A stretch of 64,000 nucleotides of DNA, from contig OZ024741.1 in NCBI GenBank assembly GCA_964016885.1, forward strand, positions 105,586,001 through 105,650,000. Reading direction: 5' to 3'. The stretch is from Eledone cirrhosa. Its lineage: Eukaryota. The position numbers and the translations under genes are program-made. Positions 39,558 to 52,566 of the stretch are shown in pieces. Position 1 is the first letter of the stretch. The number at the start of each line of letters is the position of its first letter. The notes beneath the pieces are model-generated. The model worked only from the letters and a program-made list of their open reading frames with translations. It ran no database searches and was not told the DNA's origin.

Positions 39558-39858
39558 GTGATGTGTTGTTTCCTTGAGCAGTGATGTGTTGTTTCCTTGA
39601 GCAAGACACTTTATTTCACATTGCTCCAGTTTACTCAGCTGTAGAAATGAGATGATAGGGGCTGGGGTCCCTATCATTCCACTGCAAAGTGGTCGTGGAG
39701 GTGCCACGGCAAAAAAGCACCCAGCACTCACTGTAAATGAGGTTGGTGTTAGGAAGGGCATCCAGCTGTAGAAAACAAGCCAGCATCAGTTCCCGTCCCA
39801 CCCTTGCAAGCAGGGAAAAAGCGGACGTAAAATGAAATGATGATGATGATGATGATGA
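39558..39858 (+). mobile_element. Family-2 SINE lacking head, with 23-bp 5' duplication
   Basis: gtgatgtgttgtttccttgagca occurs twice; (GAT)n tail. Confidence 0.85.
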
Positions 39859-39985
39859 TATATATATATATATGTATGTACATATATATATATATATATA
39901 TATGTACATATATATATATATATATATATGTACATATATATATATATATGTATGTACATATATATATATATATATATATATGTAC

Positions 39986-40095
<110 letters not shown>

Positions 40096-40210
40096 ACATA
40101 CATATATATATATATATGTACATACATATATATATATATGTACATACATATATATATATATATGTACATACATATATATATATATATGTACATACATATA
40201 TATATATATA

Positions 40211-40367
<157 letters not shown>

Positions 40368-40537
40368 GTACATATATATATATATATGTATGTACATATA
40401 TATATATATATGTATGTACATATATATATATATATGTATGTACATATATATATATATGTATGTACATATATATATATATATGTATGTACACACATATATA
40501 TATATATATATGTACACACATATATATATATATATGT

Positions 40538-40596
<59 letters not shown>

Positions 40597-40613
40597 TATA
40601 CATATATATATGT

Positions 40614-40712
<99 letters not shown>

Positions 40713-40717
40713 TATAC

Positions 40718-40748
<31 letters not shown>

Positions 40749-40799
40749 GATATATATATATATATGTACATATACATATAGATATATATATATATGTAC

Positions 40800-40850
<51 letters not shown>

Positions 40851-40851
40851 T

Positions 40852-41048
40852 AATTCAAGAAGTCTTTGGACAAATTCCTCCAAGTAATCCCGGACAAACC
40901 ACCCACACCCGGATATGTCTCCGCAAACAGCAATTCTCTTCTCGAATGGGCCATGGTGCCCAAATCCTGAATTGAAAGACTTCGCCAGGTGGTGCTATTA
41001 AGTTAGACATGGCCTGGGCCAATACTGGCCAAAACATTTCAAAGTTAC
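40852..41048 (+). mobile_element. ~200-bp 3' end of a CR1-group LINE
   Basis: Translates [32 protein letters not shown], resembling CR1-group ORF2 termini, followed by a short UTR. Confidence 0.65.
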
Positions 41049-41132
41049 ATATATATATATATATGCACATATATATATATATATATGTACATATATATAT
41101 ATATATATGCACATATATATATATATATGTAC

Positions 41133-41166
<34 letters not shown>

Positions 41167-41170
41167 GTAC

Positions 41171-41313
<143 letters not shown>

Positions 41314-41378
41314 TATATATATATATATGTACATATATATATATATATATATATGCACATATATATATATATATGTAC

Positions 41379-41635
<257 letters not shown>

Positions 41636-41810
41636 TATATATATATATATATATGTACATATATATATATATATATATATACATACATATATATATACAT
41701 ACATACATACACGCATTATCTGCGTAGATGTATATATACATATATATGTTGTTAAGCCCCAGCCCAACCCTCATCAAACTGTCTCTGTCATCAATGAAGT
41801 TCCAGTTTTG

Positions 41811-41892
41811 AATACACCGTCTTATAATACATCCAAGATTATATATATATATATATATATATAATCTTGGATGTATTATAAGACGGTGTATT
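41811..41892. repeat. Perfect 82-bp palindrome centred on (AT)11
   Basis: aatacaccgtcttataatacatccaagatt-(at)11-aatcttggatgtattataagacggtgtatt. Confidence 0.95.
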
Positions 41893-41946
41893 ATCATATA
41901 TATACAATATATTAACAACTGGAAACTATATTTATAAAACCATATT

Positions 41947-42012
41947 TATTTTATTATACATATTTCAAGGGCCACCAAGGAAAATTATGGTGCGCTTTCA
42001 TCAGATAAAATA
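41947..42012 (-). ncRNA. Minimal type-I hammerhead, family A
   Basis: Minus: tattttat-CTGATGA-aagcgcacca...tggtggccctt-GAAA-tatgta-TA-ataaaata; perfect 8-bp stem I. Confidence 0.75.
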
Positions 42013-42178
42013 CAATACAGATTAGTTTTATAAATAAATATTGACATACCCTGAAAAAAGACAACCTTAACGGTTGGAGCTTCCTGGATAGTCACATTTT
42101 TAAGCTTGTTGAATCCCAACAAATTAAATATAACCTCTGCATATATATATATATATATATATTTATGATAACAAAAAT

Positions 42179-42290
42179 TTGATGAGCTTTTGATTCCAGA
42201 GTCGAGCCCAGATCGAACCTTAAGCTGATCAATCGCGAAATGTGCATCACACCTCAATAAATGTAATGAAAATTTGACACCACATCCATA
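42179..42290 (+). repeat. Short repeat (family C) with long-stem-II hammerhead-like core
   Basis: TTGATGA-gc...gatt~aatc-gc-GAAA-tgtgca-TC-acacctc; homologous to 43315-43424. Confidence 0.5.
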
Positions 42291-42548
42291 TTATTATTAT
42301 TATATATCTAAATATATACACACATGCACACACACACACACATATATATACACACACACACATATATGTACACATATATATATACACATATGTAAATATA
42401 TATAATCATATATATATATATACATATATATAATCATATATATATATATACATATATATATATACATATATATATATATACATATATATATATACATATA
42501 TATATATATACATATATATACATATATATATATATACATATATATACA

Positions 42549-42598
<50 letters not shown>

Positions 42599-42715
42599 CA
42601 TATATATATATACATATATATATATACATATATATATATACATATATATATATATACATATATATATATACATATATATATATATACATATATATATATA
42701 CATATATATATATAC

Positions 42716-42746
<31 letters not shown>

Positions 42747-42891
42747 CATATATATATATACATATATATATATACATATATATATATATACATATATATA
42801 TATACATATATATATATACATATATATATATACATATATATATATACACACATATATATATACATATATATATATACATATATATATATAC

Positions 42892-42962
<71 letters not shown>

Positions 42963-43223
42963 CATATATATATACATATATATATATACACATATATATA
43001 CATATATATATATACACATACATATACATATATACACATACATATACATATATATATATACACATACATATATACACATACATATATACATACACACATA
43101 TATATATACACACATACATATACATATATACACACATATATATATATATATATATACACATACAAATATATATACATACATATATACACATATATATATA
43201 TATACATATATATATACACACAT

Positions 43224-43254
<31 letters not shown>

Positions 43255-43261
43255 CTACTAC

Positions 43262-43424
43262 TAATAAAAAGGATGAAGAGTTAGGTTTTCATTGCATTTA
43301 TTGAGATATGACGCGCTTTTGATACCAGAGTCGGGCCAGATCGAACCTCGAGCTAATGAATCGTGGAACGCGCGTCACACCTCAATAAACGTAATGAAGA
43401 CCTAACTCTTCGCCCTTTTTATTA
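43262..43424. repeat. Family C element with ~55-bp imperfect inverted arms
   Basis: Arms 43262-43316 and 43370-43424; contains GGAAC-GCGC-GTC-acacctc. Confidence 0.75.
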
Positions 43425-43651
43425 TCATTACAACTTAGTACAACACCAATATACCCACTGGAAACTACGCATCGAGTGCTCACTGGTGAACCTACAGTAA
43501 CTGGCCGTTACAATGCTGAAATATATATATATTATACATATATATATTCATACATATACATGCATGCATACATACATACATACATATATATATATACATA
43601 TATATATATATATTTATATATATATATATATATATACATATATACATATAC

Positions 43652-43682
<31 letters not shown>

Positions 43683-43697
43683 CATATATACATATAC

Positions 43698-43728
<31 letters not shown>

Positions 43729-43749
43729 CATATATACATATATATATAT

Positions 43750-43782
<33 letters not shown>

Positions 43783-44249
43783 TATATATATACATATATA
43801 TATAAATATATATATATAAATACATACATATACATACATACATATACATACTCATATATATATATATATATACATATACACACATACACATACATACACA
43901 CACATATATATATATATATATATACATATATATAAGAAATCATTATTATTCGACTTTCGGTTCCTACAACTAACTCCCTCTCTATATATCTCTTGACTCA
44001 AACCGATAAGGTATTTCTCCAGAAAAAAGTTATTTGGTTTATTAGAATACGTGTGCTTTTATTTTTAATCATAGAATTTAAAGAAATTGAGATTATTATT
44101 TTTTTAATATCATAACGAAAATTATAAATAGCAAACGAAACCTAATTAATATCTTCTCATAATTCTAGCTGAAAACTGAACCGCACCACCCTCTATCACC
44201 ATTAAACTAACAGGAGCATACATTGCATAATGTAGTCCTAGATACACTT

Positions 44250-44567
44250 ATGTCTGGAATGTCTTTGACCATAGGTCAGTTGCATCAAAACTGACCCTGT
44301 GGCTAAACAACAGGGACGAAATAGGCGAAAGGCTAACATCAAAATTGATATTTATTTGCGAAATATGAGAGACAAGCGAAATGCGTTTGTGTTATATTTA
44401 CAACATATATTTTCATAAACAACATCTTCACATCATTAATTCAGCTTCTAATTTAAACTTTTCTCCCTAGCAACAAAACATAACCATATAAGTATATATG
44501 CGTGTGTGTCTGCAAGAAATTATATAATCATACACATATATAAGTGTCTGTGTATATACATATACAT

Positions 44568-44598
<31 letters not shown>

Positions 44599-46135
44599 CA
44601 TACACACACAATTGCATGTGTGTGTATTATATGAACTGTTGTCGACATCAAGCTTCGGGTTTATAGGCATGAATGTCACAACGTGACATTCATGCCATTT
44701 TCATAGACATTAACTAATATAGAGAGATGCACGAATATCACATAATCTTATTTGTATGGAACTCTATTAAATAGATACAGAGTACAATAAATAATTATGT
44801 GTATGTAAAAAATTTAACTAGACAGACAGTACTATTGATTAAAAAGTTGTTTAGCCCTAGGTCAATGCTGCTCGAGTAGACATACGATCAAAGCTATAAC
44901 AGCCTGTGACCATCCCGTCTTTTATTTTGGCAGACACAATGTATTCACCGCCACAATTGCTCATGGGTCCTCCCCTTTTTAAAGACATTAGAGTATAGTC
45001 CAAGATAAATTTGGCTGCTGTTTTTAGCGTCAGAGTGATGCTGTAGAGGCTAAAAAGTGGAATTCTGTGGTCAGGTTTCGTTTCTCAGTGAGAGGCATAT
45101 TATTTCATAGTTTTTCTTTTAATAAAATAGAAAAGCATGACGAACACGACACAACATTTTTATGAGTCCTTATGTATTTGTAGATAATTAAATCGGCAGC
45201 ATTGAAACTGAGTGAATGACCAATTCCCAAACAGTGCGATGAAAATTTTGATACCAAGATATTTAAAGGATAAATGTAAAAAGGGTCATTTTTTTGTTTT
45301 TTTTGTGTGTACTTTGTAATTTTTAACAACTCTTCCCCGATGTAATTGGTTTAGTTTCAAATCAAGTTATTTACTAAACAAGTACAACTCCTAAATGGTG
45401 TCCTAAATAGCTTGTCTCAAAAAGTATTAGAGGGAAACTTCAGCACCTCTTTGTAGGTATTATTGCCTGCATAATATGTATGTGTTATACATGTATATCT
45501 ATTTCGCATGGAAATATTATCGTCTATAATTATAATGTATTTGTATTTGATATGTATATATTATCATTTGTATATTTGCATTATAAATGAGTGTTAAACT
45601 GACATAAACAGTAGCACCCTCCAGGGATGTGTGATGCCAATAACTTTCCCCAAGGAAAGAATTGAACCAAAGTTTTCATTTTAGTCTACGTTATTCATTT
45701 AAATGTTTTGTTGTTGTTGCTTTCCACCCTAAAATCAATCCTAATTAAGCAGACGTATGATAAAAAAAAGTTCTAACAGTGACCACCCTATCTATATTAT
45801 AGGGTGTGTTTGCGTTTCTAAGATATTAAGGGTGGGATTTGAGAAAGATTTGGTTGTTGTTTCTAGTAGATCGAACAACCATGTAGTGGTTTCTCTCGTT
45901 GTTGATGTTTCTTGAACAAGCGAATGGTGTGGATTAAATTATATAATGTTTACGATTTACAAAAGTAACAAAGCAATTAAAAAAGGGAGGAGACACGGCA
46001 ACAGGGAATGTTATTGAAGTTAGCCACTGATCAGACATGATTAAAATTATTCCAACCATGACCAACCTGTCTTTTTAAAGTGTAATTTAAGACATTATCC
46101 AATGTATTCTTTCTTTTCTTAAGATTGGCTGAACT
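44250..46135. mobile_element. Several old fragments of a SINE-like family with (AAC)n tail (~44250-44312, 44845-45050, 45708-45900, 46015-46135)
   Basis: Recurring gtttagccc.aggtca...gac.tatgatcaaag...tgaccatcccgtc and agatttgg.tg.tgtttctag motifs. Related pieces at ~41750, 59620 and 59835. Confidence 0.55.
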
Positions 46136-46223
46136 ACCATTTCTAGCAAGTTGAGGGATCACGTAAGAGCTCCCTTGTTTGTTGTAACATTTTTAAATTG
46201 AAAGAAAGAGATGAAGTACTCAC

Positions 46224-46379
46224 CACATATAGAAGAGTGTAAAGGAACAACCAAAGTTTGTTGCAGCTGTATGGAGTAGATGCACATAAAGGTTTACAGG
46301 GATGCTTCATTAAATGAGGGTTACGGTGTTTCTCCGCTTCAAGCATCTTCTGTTGGGCTGTATCTTGATTTGGCGCCAT
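46224..46379 (-). CDS. Probable first coding exon of an unidentified host gene (52 codons, ends in a hydrophobic stretch)
   Basis: gttATGG start; MAPNQDTAQQKMLEAEKHRNPHLMKHPCKPLCASTPYSCNKLWLFLYTLLYV is followed exactly in phase 0 by a consensus GTGAGT donor. Unique CpG-retaining sequence, with a motif cluster ~330 bp upstream. Confidence 0.55.
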
Positions 46380-46699
46380 AACTTTTTTGTTTTGACACTG
46401 ATATATACCCTTTTTTCAACAGGTCTAACTGTTATTAAACTCAGTATCCGTCCGTTTATTAAACGTGTGTGGAACGTGTTTCTCTTCAATATATATATAT
46501 ATATTATATACACGTTAGATATATTATATCAGAGTAGTAGCTTGTTTGTTGAACTGCTGATGATAATCGTAGATAAGGGGAGATGCCTAAGGCAGGATAG
46601 ACAGAGAGAATTAAAGGGACAAGAAGATAAATAAAGAGGGGGTTAGACAGAAAGAGAAAATACTAATGACAAGTGGGATAACAACTAAACAAGCTTAGG

Positions 46700-46760
46700 C
46701 TGCTTCTGACGTCACAGTCACGTGGGCGTCGCACTATGAGGTTACCGACTTGCGCATTGA
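46700..46760. promoter_or_regulatory. Putative proximal promoter: CRE, E-box and TGCGCA motif
   Basis: TGACGTCA 46707-46714, GTCACGTG 46717-46724 and TGCGCA 46751-46756 within 50 bp of locally CpG-rich DNA. Confidence 0.6.
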
Positions 46761-46888
46761 ACACCCACTTCGTCTTGTCTCATCTACTTTCTATTTTTGC
46801 TCTCTTTTCGTCATTATTTCTGCGTATTATATATATATATATATTATATATGTATGCATGCCTATATATATACATGCATGCATGTGCG

Positions 46889-46966
<78 letters not shown>

Positions 46967-47008
46967 ATGATATTAAATAAATGGAAACTATATTTATAAA
47001 ACCATATT

Positions 47009-47069
47009 TATTCTATTATATATATTTCAAGGGTACCAACATTTTGGTACGCTATCATCAGATAAAATA
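47009..47069 (-). ncRNA. Hammerhead, family A (left arm)
   Basis: Reverse complement of 47225-47285. Confidence 0.7.
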
Positions 47070-47224
47070 CAAAATGTTTTATAAATATTTGACATGACCA
47101 AGGATAATATACCTGAACGGTTCAAGTTATCCCTGGAAAGTTATCCCTGGAAACTTTCCAGGGATAACTTGAACCGTTCAGGTATATTATCCTTGGTCAT
47201 GTCAAATATTTATAAAACATTTTG

Positions 47225-47285
47225 TATTTTATCTGATGATAGCGTACCAAAATGTTGGTACCCTTGAAATATATATAATAGAATA
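47225..47285 (+). ncRNA. Hammerhead, family A (right arm)
   Basis: tattttat-CTGATGA-tagcgtaccaa(aatg)ttggtaccctt-GAAA-tatata-TA-atagaata. Confidence 0.7.
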
Positions 47286-47566
47286 AATATGGTTTTATAA
47301 ATATAGTTTCCATCTATTTAATATCATTGAGTACTTACTCCAGAAATTTGTCGAGTGCTCTGAATCAGTTATAAACATCTATATTTTTTGGATTTCCAAC
47401 AAATTAAATATCTCTTCTACATACATATATATATATATATGTAGGAGGTGAGTTTTATTGTAGTACAATAAAGCAATGCAGATATCGGATAAGAAGCACT
47501 CTACAGTTTGTGGGACTGGAGTATGCATAATATAAGATCAAAAGATGGTTAAAGGAGTTCCATATA

Positions 47567-47633
47567 TTTTATTATGCGCATTTCAAAAACAAACATCATC
47601 AAGCAATAATATTTGTGTTTTCATCAGATAAAA
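47567..47633 (-). ncRNA. Hammerhead, family B (left arm)
   Basis: Reverse complement of 47766-47832. Confidence 0.75.
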
Positions 47634-47765
47634 CAGGAGAACATGATATGAAGGCTAAAAAACACTTGTGGATAGTGCAGTTTTAAATCATCATATCATA
47701 TGATATGTTGATTTAAAACTACACTATCCACAAGTGTTTTTTAGCCTTCATATCATGTTCTCCTG

Positions 47766-47832
47766 TTTTATCTGATGAAAACACAAATATTATTGCTTGA
47801 TGATGTTTGTTTTTGAAATGCGCATAATAAAA
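47766..47832 (+). ncRNA. Hammerhead, family B (right arm)
   Basis: ttttat-CTGATGA-aaacacaaatattatt(gctt)gatgatgtttgttttt-GAAA-tgcgca-TA-ataaaa. Confidence 0.75.
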
Positions 47833-47864
47833 TATATGGAACTCCTTTAACCATCTTTTGATCT

Positions 47865-47920
<56 letters not shown>

Positions 47921-47921
<1 letters not shown>

Positions 47922-48182
47922 TAGAAGGGATATTTAATTTGTTGGAAAACCAACAAATATAAATGTTTATAACTGATTCAGAGCACTCGACAGATTTCTG
48001 GAGTAAGTACTCAATGATATTAAATAAAAAGAAACTATATTTATAAAACCATATTTATTCTATTATATATATTTCAAGGGTACCGAAAAACTTTGGTACA
48101 CTTTCATCAGATAAAATACAAAGAGTGTTTTATAAATTTTGACATAGCCAAGGATAATCATACCTTATCAGTTGAATATTCC
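47921..48182 (-). mobile_element. Diverged family-A element containing a hammerhead at 48056-48118
   Basis: Reverse-complement homologue of 47160-47420; CTGATGA-aagtgtacc...ggtaccctt-GAAA-tatata-TA. Confidence 0.8.
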
Positions 48183-48184
48183 TT

Positions 48185-49860
48185 AAATTCTGTGATATGA
48201 ATGAACTAATAGTCATTTGCAACAGAGGAAACCTGCCAGCCACCTGATCCTATATCAATCAGGTGAACACTCAAGCCAAATTGATTACTTGCTTGTAAGA
48301 CCAGATAAACGGACTGTAATAAACATTAAGGTCTTCCCTGGGAAGAATGCATTGCCCAATACAAGTTAGTTATTAGTGACATCGAAATAAACACAAGACT
48401 GAACTAGATACACAGGAAAATATGGAGATGGAGGGTGTGGAAGCTAAAGGACAGTTAAATATAAGTTTAGAAAGGCCCTACAAGATGCAGTAGATGAGAA
48501 GGGTGATGAGCTAGGTACATATAACATAGAGGACAACTGGAACTTTCTACGTGACAACCTTTTGTACTGAGGAGACTTGTGACTGGAATAAAGTGCCAGC
48601 CAGACAAAGGGTGGCCTGGTGGTGGAACAGTACAGTAGATAGAGCCATTAAAGCCAAGAGGCAGGCATAGAAAGACTGAAACAATGGGGGGGGGGGGGGG
48701 GTAACAGAAATCAGTACCAGGTAGCTAAGTGAGAAGTTAGATGACAGATATACACAGCTCAGAGAGAGGCTGAAAAAAGAAAGTTTGCCAATGTCTTATT
48801 GCAAGGCAGTGTGTTAGTGAATCGAGATGTTGTTAGAGAAAAATGTGTTAGAAATTATGCTGGTGCAATTAGCACCATTGATGCCCAAAAGAAAGAGACC
48901 TGGAAATGTTACTATGAGAGATTGATGAATGTAGAGAATAAATGGGAGGAAGAGCGACTACACTTAACTTATCCAACAGAAGGACCAGCTATTGAAGTTG
49001 ACAGTTATAAGGTCAAAGAAGCAATCAAAGAGATGAAGAATGGTAAAGCTGCTGGGCTGTCAGAGATGGTTGCTGAAATGCTAAAAGCATCGTGAGAAGT
49101 AGGAGTCGAACTATTAACCCACATAGTCAATCAGGTAATACAGGACAGAGTCAACCCCAAAGCAGTATAATCATAAATTGCTAGAAAGTCAAAGGTGATT
49201 CTCTAGAAAGGAGCAACTACAGAGCAATAAAACTAATGGATCAAGTTATGATACTGATGGAAAGAGTTATAACACAACTAATTAGGGTAAGAGTCAAATT
49301 AGATGAGATGCAGTTTGGTTTTATGCCTGGGAAAAGTACTACAGATGCCTTCTTTTTAGTGAGGCAACTACAATAAAAGTTCCTAGCCAAGAATAAACCA
49401 CTGTATTTAGCTTTTGTTGATCTAGAAAACACCTTTGTCAGAGAGCCTTAATCTATTATCTGGTGGTCCTTAAGGTGTAGAAGAATGGCTTATGAGAGCA
49501 GTGCAAGCCATGTACAGAGGGGCTGTCAGTAAATTCTTAGCCCACTGCTGTTCATAATAGTTCTCCTGGCCATAACAGAGGAGTTTAAAAATGGTTGTCC
49601 ATGGGAAATTCTCTATGCAGATTATTTGGTCCTTATAACCGAAACCATAAAAGAATTAGAAAATAAGTTCCATCTATGGGAACAGAATTTGGAATCAAAG
49701 TGTCCGAGAGCAAACTTAGCCAAAACTATAATGCTGGTGAGTAGAAAGAAGATAGGACTCTGATCCCTTCAGGGAAATGGCATTACTCAATATTTAGAAA
49801 AGGAGTAAGCATAAACTCCATACGGCGTACACAATGTAAATCTTGGATACTGAAGAAATT
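48185..49860 (+). mobile_element. Old degenerate RTE LINE (EN to RT)
   Basis: SQIDYLL, WWWN, EGPAIEV...GKAAGLSEMVAEMLKAS, QFGF, LYAD; many stops. Confidence 0.88.
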
Positions 49861-50819
49861 TAGCTCTTTTATAAGCTTCTCCAAAAAAGTGAGATCTGCA
49901 TGGTGTGAATGTAGATATTTTCAAGAAACATTTCAGCTAACCAAATCCCAGATGAACCGACAGTATGAGACAAAGTCAAATAAGGGCAGCAGTAACAAAT
50001 TCCCCCTTACATCAATGGCCAGCCAGGGAAGGGTGGTTATAGAAAGTGTTGCGCAATGGTAGTGCCTCAGCATGACCTCAGCTAGTTGACTGACACAGGT
50101 AAAAGTAAAATATATCATCATCATAATCATCGTCATTTTAACAACCATTTTCCCTGCTAACAAGGGTTGGATGAGTCCATACAGACCAAGTCAGTACTAA
50201 AGCGGAGCCAGTGATCCCCCAGGCAGGCCAGGGATCTGTGTCTCGCTTATGTACAGTCTCACATTCCATCAAGTGCCCAGGAGAAGTTGTCATGCCTTTG
50301 TGCTCCCAACCCTCCATATCACCAACCACTTTGCAGTGTGTACTGAGTACATTTATCATGGAAATCACCATCACTAGGGAAGCTGACATGTCCACAACTG
50401 GACTGAAGAGTCTTCCCGACTCTTTGTATGGCGAGTTTTCTATAGTTACATGCCCTTCCTATCACCAGCCACTCTACAGAGTGTATTTATCATGAAGATC
50501 ACCAAAACTAGGGAGGCTGTCATGTCTATAAGTATTACTTACTACTAACTGATCCGTGGTAACAGATCCTTCTGAACAATTCTCCCTGCCTATTTATTCC
50601 TGTTTTTCCTGGTACCATACTTATTATTATAAATACTCTGTGATCTTCTCCTTGGAAATTGTACCATAATTTTTTTAACTGGATAATTACCATACACCTT
50701 GCAAGGAACACGTCGAGAAAAAAATATTTGTGAAGCAATCTTCCATATTTATTTGTTTGCGCATCTGATCTACACAAACAAACTTTAATTTGACTTATCT
50801 TTGTGTGTATATGTATATA

Positions 50820-51260
50820 TTGTGTTGGTATGGACATGTGATGCATATGAAGGATGACAGCTGCATAAAAAGGTGCAGAGCAGTAGAAGTCGATGGAAAC
50901 CGTGGAGTAATACAATAATACAGAAGACCCGACGCCCCCACGGGTACAAGCCAAAGCAGAAGCATATAGACAATATGCCCCACACCCTCCCACTGCAAAG
51001 TGGTCGTGGAGGCGCCACGACAAAAAAGCACCCAGTCCACACTGTAAAGTGGACGTGTAGGCACCACAGAAAAGAAGCACCCAGCACTCTGTAAATGAGG
51101 TTGGTGTTAGGAAGGGCATCCAGCTGTAGAAATCAAGCCAGAATCAGTTTCTGTATGAACAAGACAAGGTCAGCCAACCGGACACTGCCCACAACAGGAC
51201 AACCCGTCTAACCCATGCTAGCATGGAAGAACAGACGTAAAACGGTGATGATGATGATGA
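50820..51260 (+). mobile_element. RTE 3' fragment with UTR and (GAT)n
   Basis: tggtatggacatgtgatgc... and shared tail. Confidence 0.8.
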
Positions 51261-51285
51261 AATATATATATATATATATATATAC

Positions 51286-52552
51286 CATCATCATCATCAT
51301 TTTACATCTGTTATTCCATGCTTGGGTCCTTCTCAGTATAGCATCTCTCCACTTGTCATGTTCCTTTATCATCTCCTCTATGAACTTCAGCAATCTAAGA
51401 TCAGCTCTCACTACTTCCATCTAGGTCTTCTTTGGTCTTCTTCTATTGTGGCTGCCTTCTACTGGGATTACTTGGTGCTTCTTCATCCAGTGATTATTAT
51501 CCATGTGTATCACATGTCCATACCAATGCAGTCTCCTCTCCTGCACACTACCTTGGATTTCTCTTAAACTCAGTTTCTCTTTCAGTTCATCCATGCTTTG
51601 TCATTCTCACACATTAACATTGCACATCCATTGAAGCATGCTTACCTCATTTCTCTCCAGCCTTCACATGTCCTCTGCAGTCACTACCCATCTTTCACTA
51701 CCATGCAGCATCGCACTTCACACACAAGCATCATACAGCCAACTTTTTGGTTGTAGGGAGAAACATTTTGTAGTTAACAGAAGTAGCAGTTCCCTAAACT
51801 TCCATCCTGTCTTTATTCAAGCTACTGTGCTCTCAGAGTACCCGCTTCCATTGCTATCACTTAGGTAGCAGAAGCTATCAACCAGTTCTATGGATCCTTT
51901 ATGGGACGGAAAAGTTTATATTATTTTTTATTTTATTATTATTGTCACTCTTATATCAATTGTCTCTGAACATCTACTACATACAAAGTCTTCCTTTCCT
52001 GTTAGCTCGCCTGTTATCCCACTACACCTCTTATGTACCCAAGATTTGTGTTGTGTACATTGTATAGTTTATGCCTACTCCTTTTCTACATATTGACCCA
52101 GGCAACTTCCCTGATGAGATTAGGGCCCTAAATTCTTTCCTACTTATTAACATTTTGGTTTTTGCTAAATTTACTCCAAGCCCTTTTGATTCTACGTTCT
52201 GTTTCTACAGCCAGAATTTATTCTCTAGTTCTTCCACAGATTCAGCTATGAGGACCAGATTGTCAGCATACAAAAGTTTCCATAGAAAACCAGTCTTAAA
52301 CTCCTCTGTTATGACATGGAGGACTAGGATAAACAGAAGTGAGCTAAGAACTGAACCTTGATTCACTCCTTGTATCTTCAATTCCTCACTAATCTCACTT
52401 CCTATTCTCACTTTGCTGGCAGTCCCTCTGTACATGCTACTCTGTTAAAGGTTTTCTCTAAATCAACAAAAGCTAGATATAGATGTTTACTTTTTGCTAA
52501 GAACTCTTATAGTTGTCTTACTAAAAAGAGGGCATTTGTGGTCCTCCTTCTC
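51286..52552 (-). mobile_element. Old degenerate RTE LINE fragment
   Basis: GVNQGSVLSSLLF...LLYADNLVLIAES; (CAT)n at the left end. Confidence 0.85.
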
Positions 52553-52566
52553 GATATAAAATCTCT

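Larger units (their letters stand above)
46965..47329. repeat. Near-perfect inverted repeat, 178-bp arms (family A), 9-bp spacer
   Basis: Arms 46965-47142 and 47152-47329, one mismatch seen; aagttatccctggaa is duplicated at the junction. Confidence 0.95.
47527..47872. repeat. Spacer-less 346-bp palindrome (family B)
   Basis: Centre 47699/47700; two mismatches seen between the arms. Confidence 0.95.
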
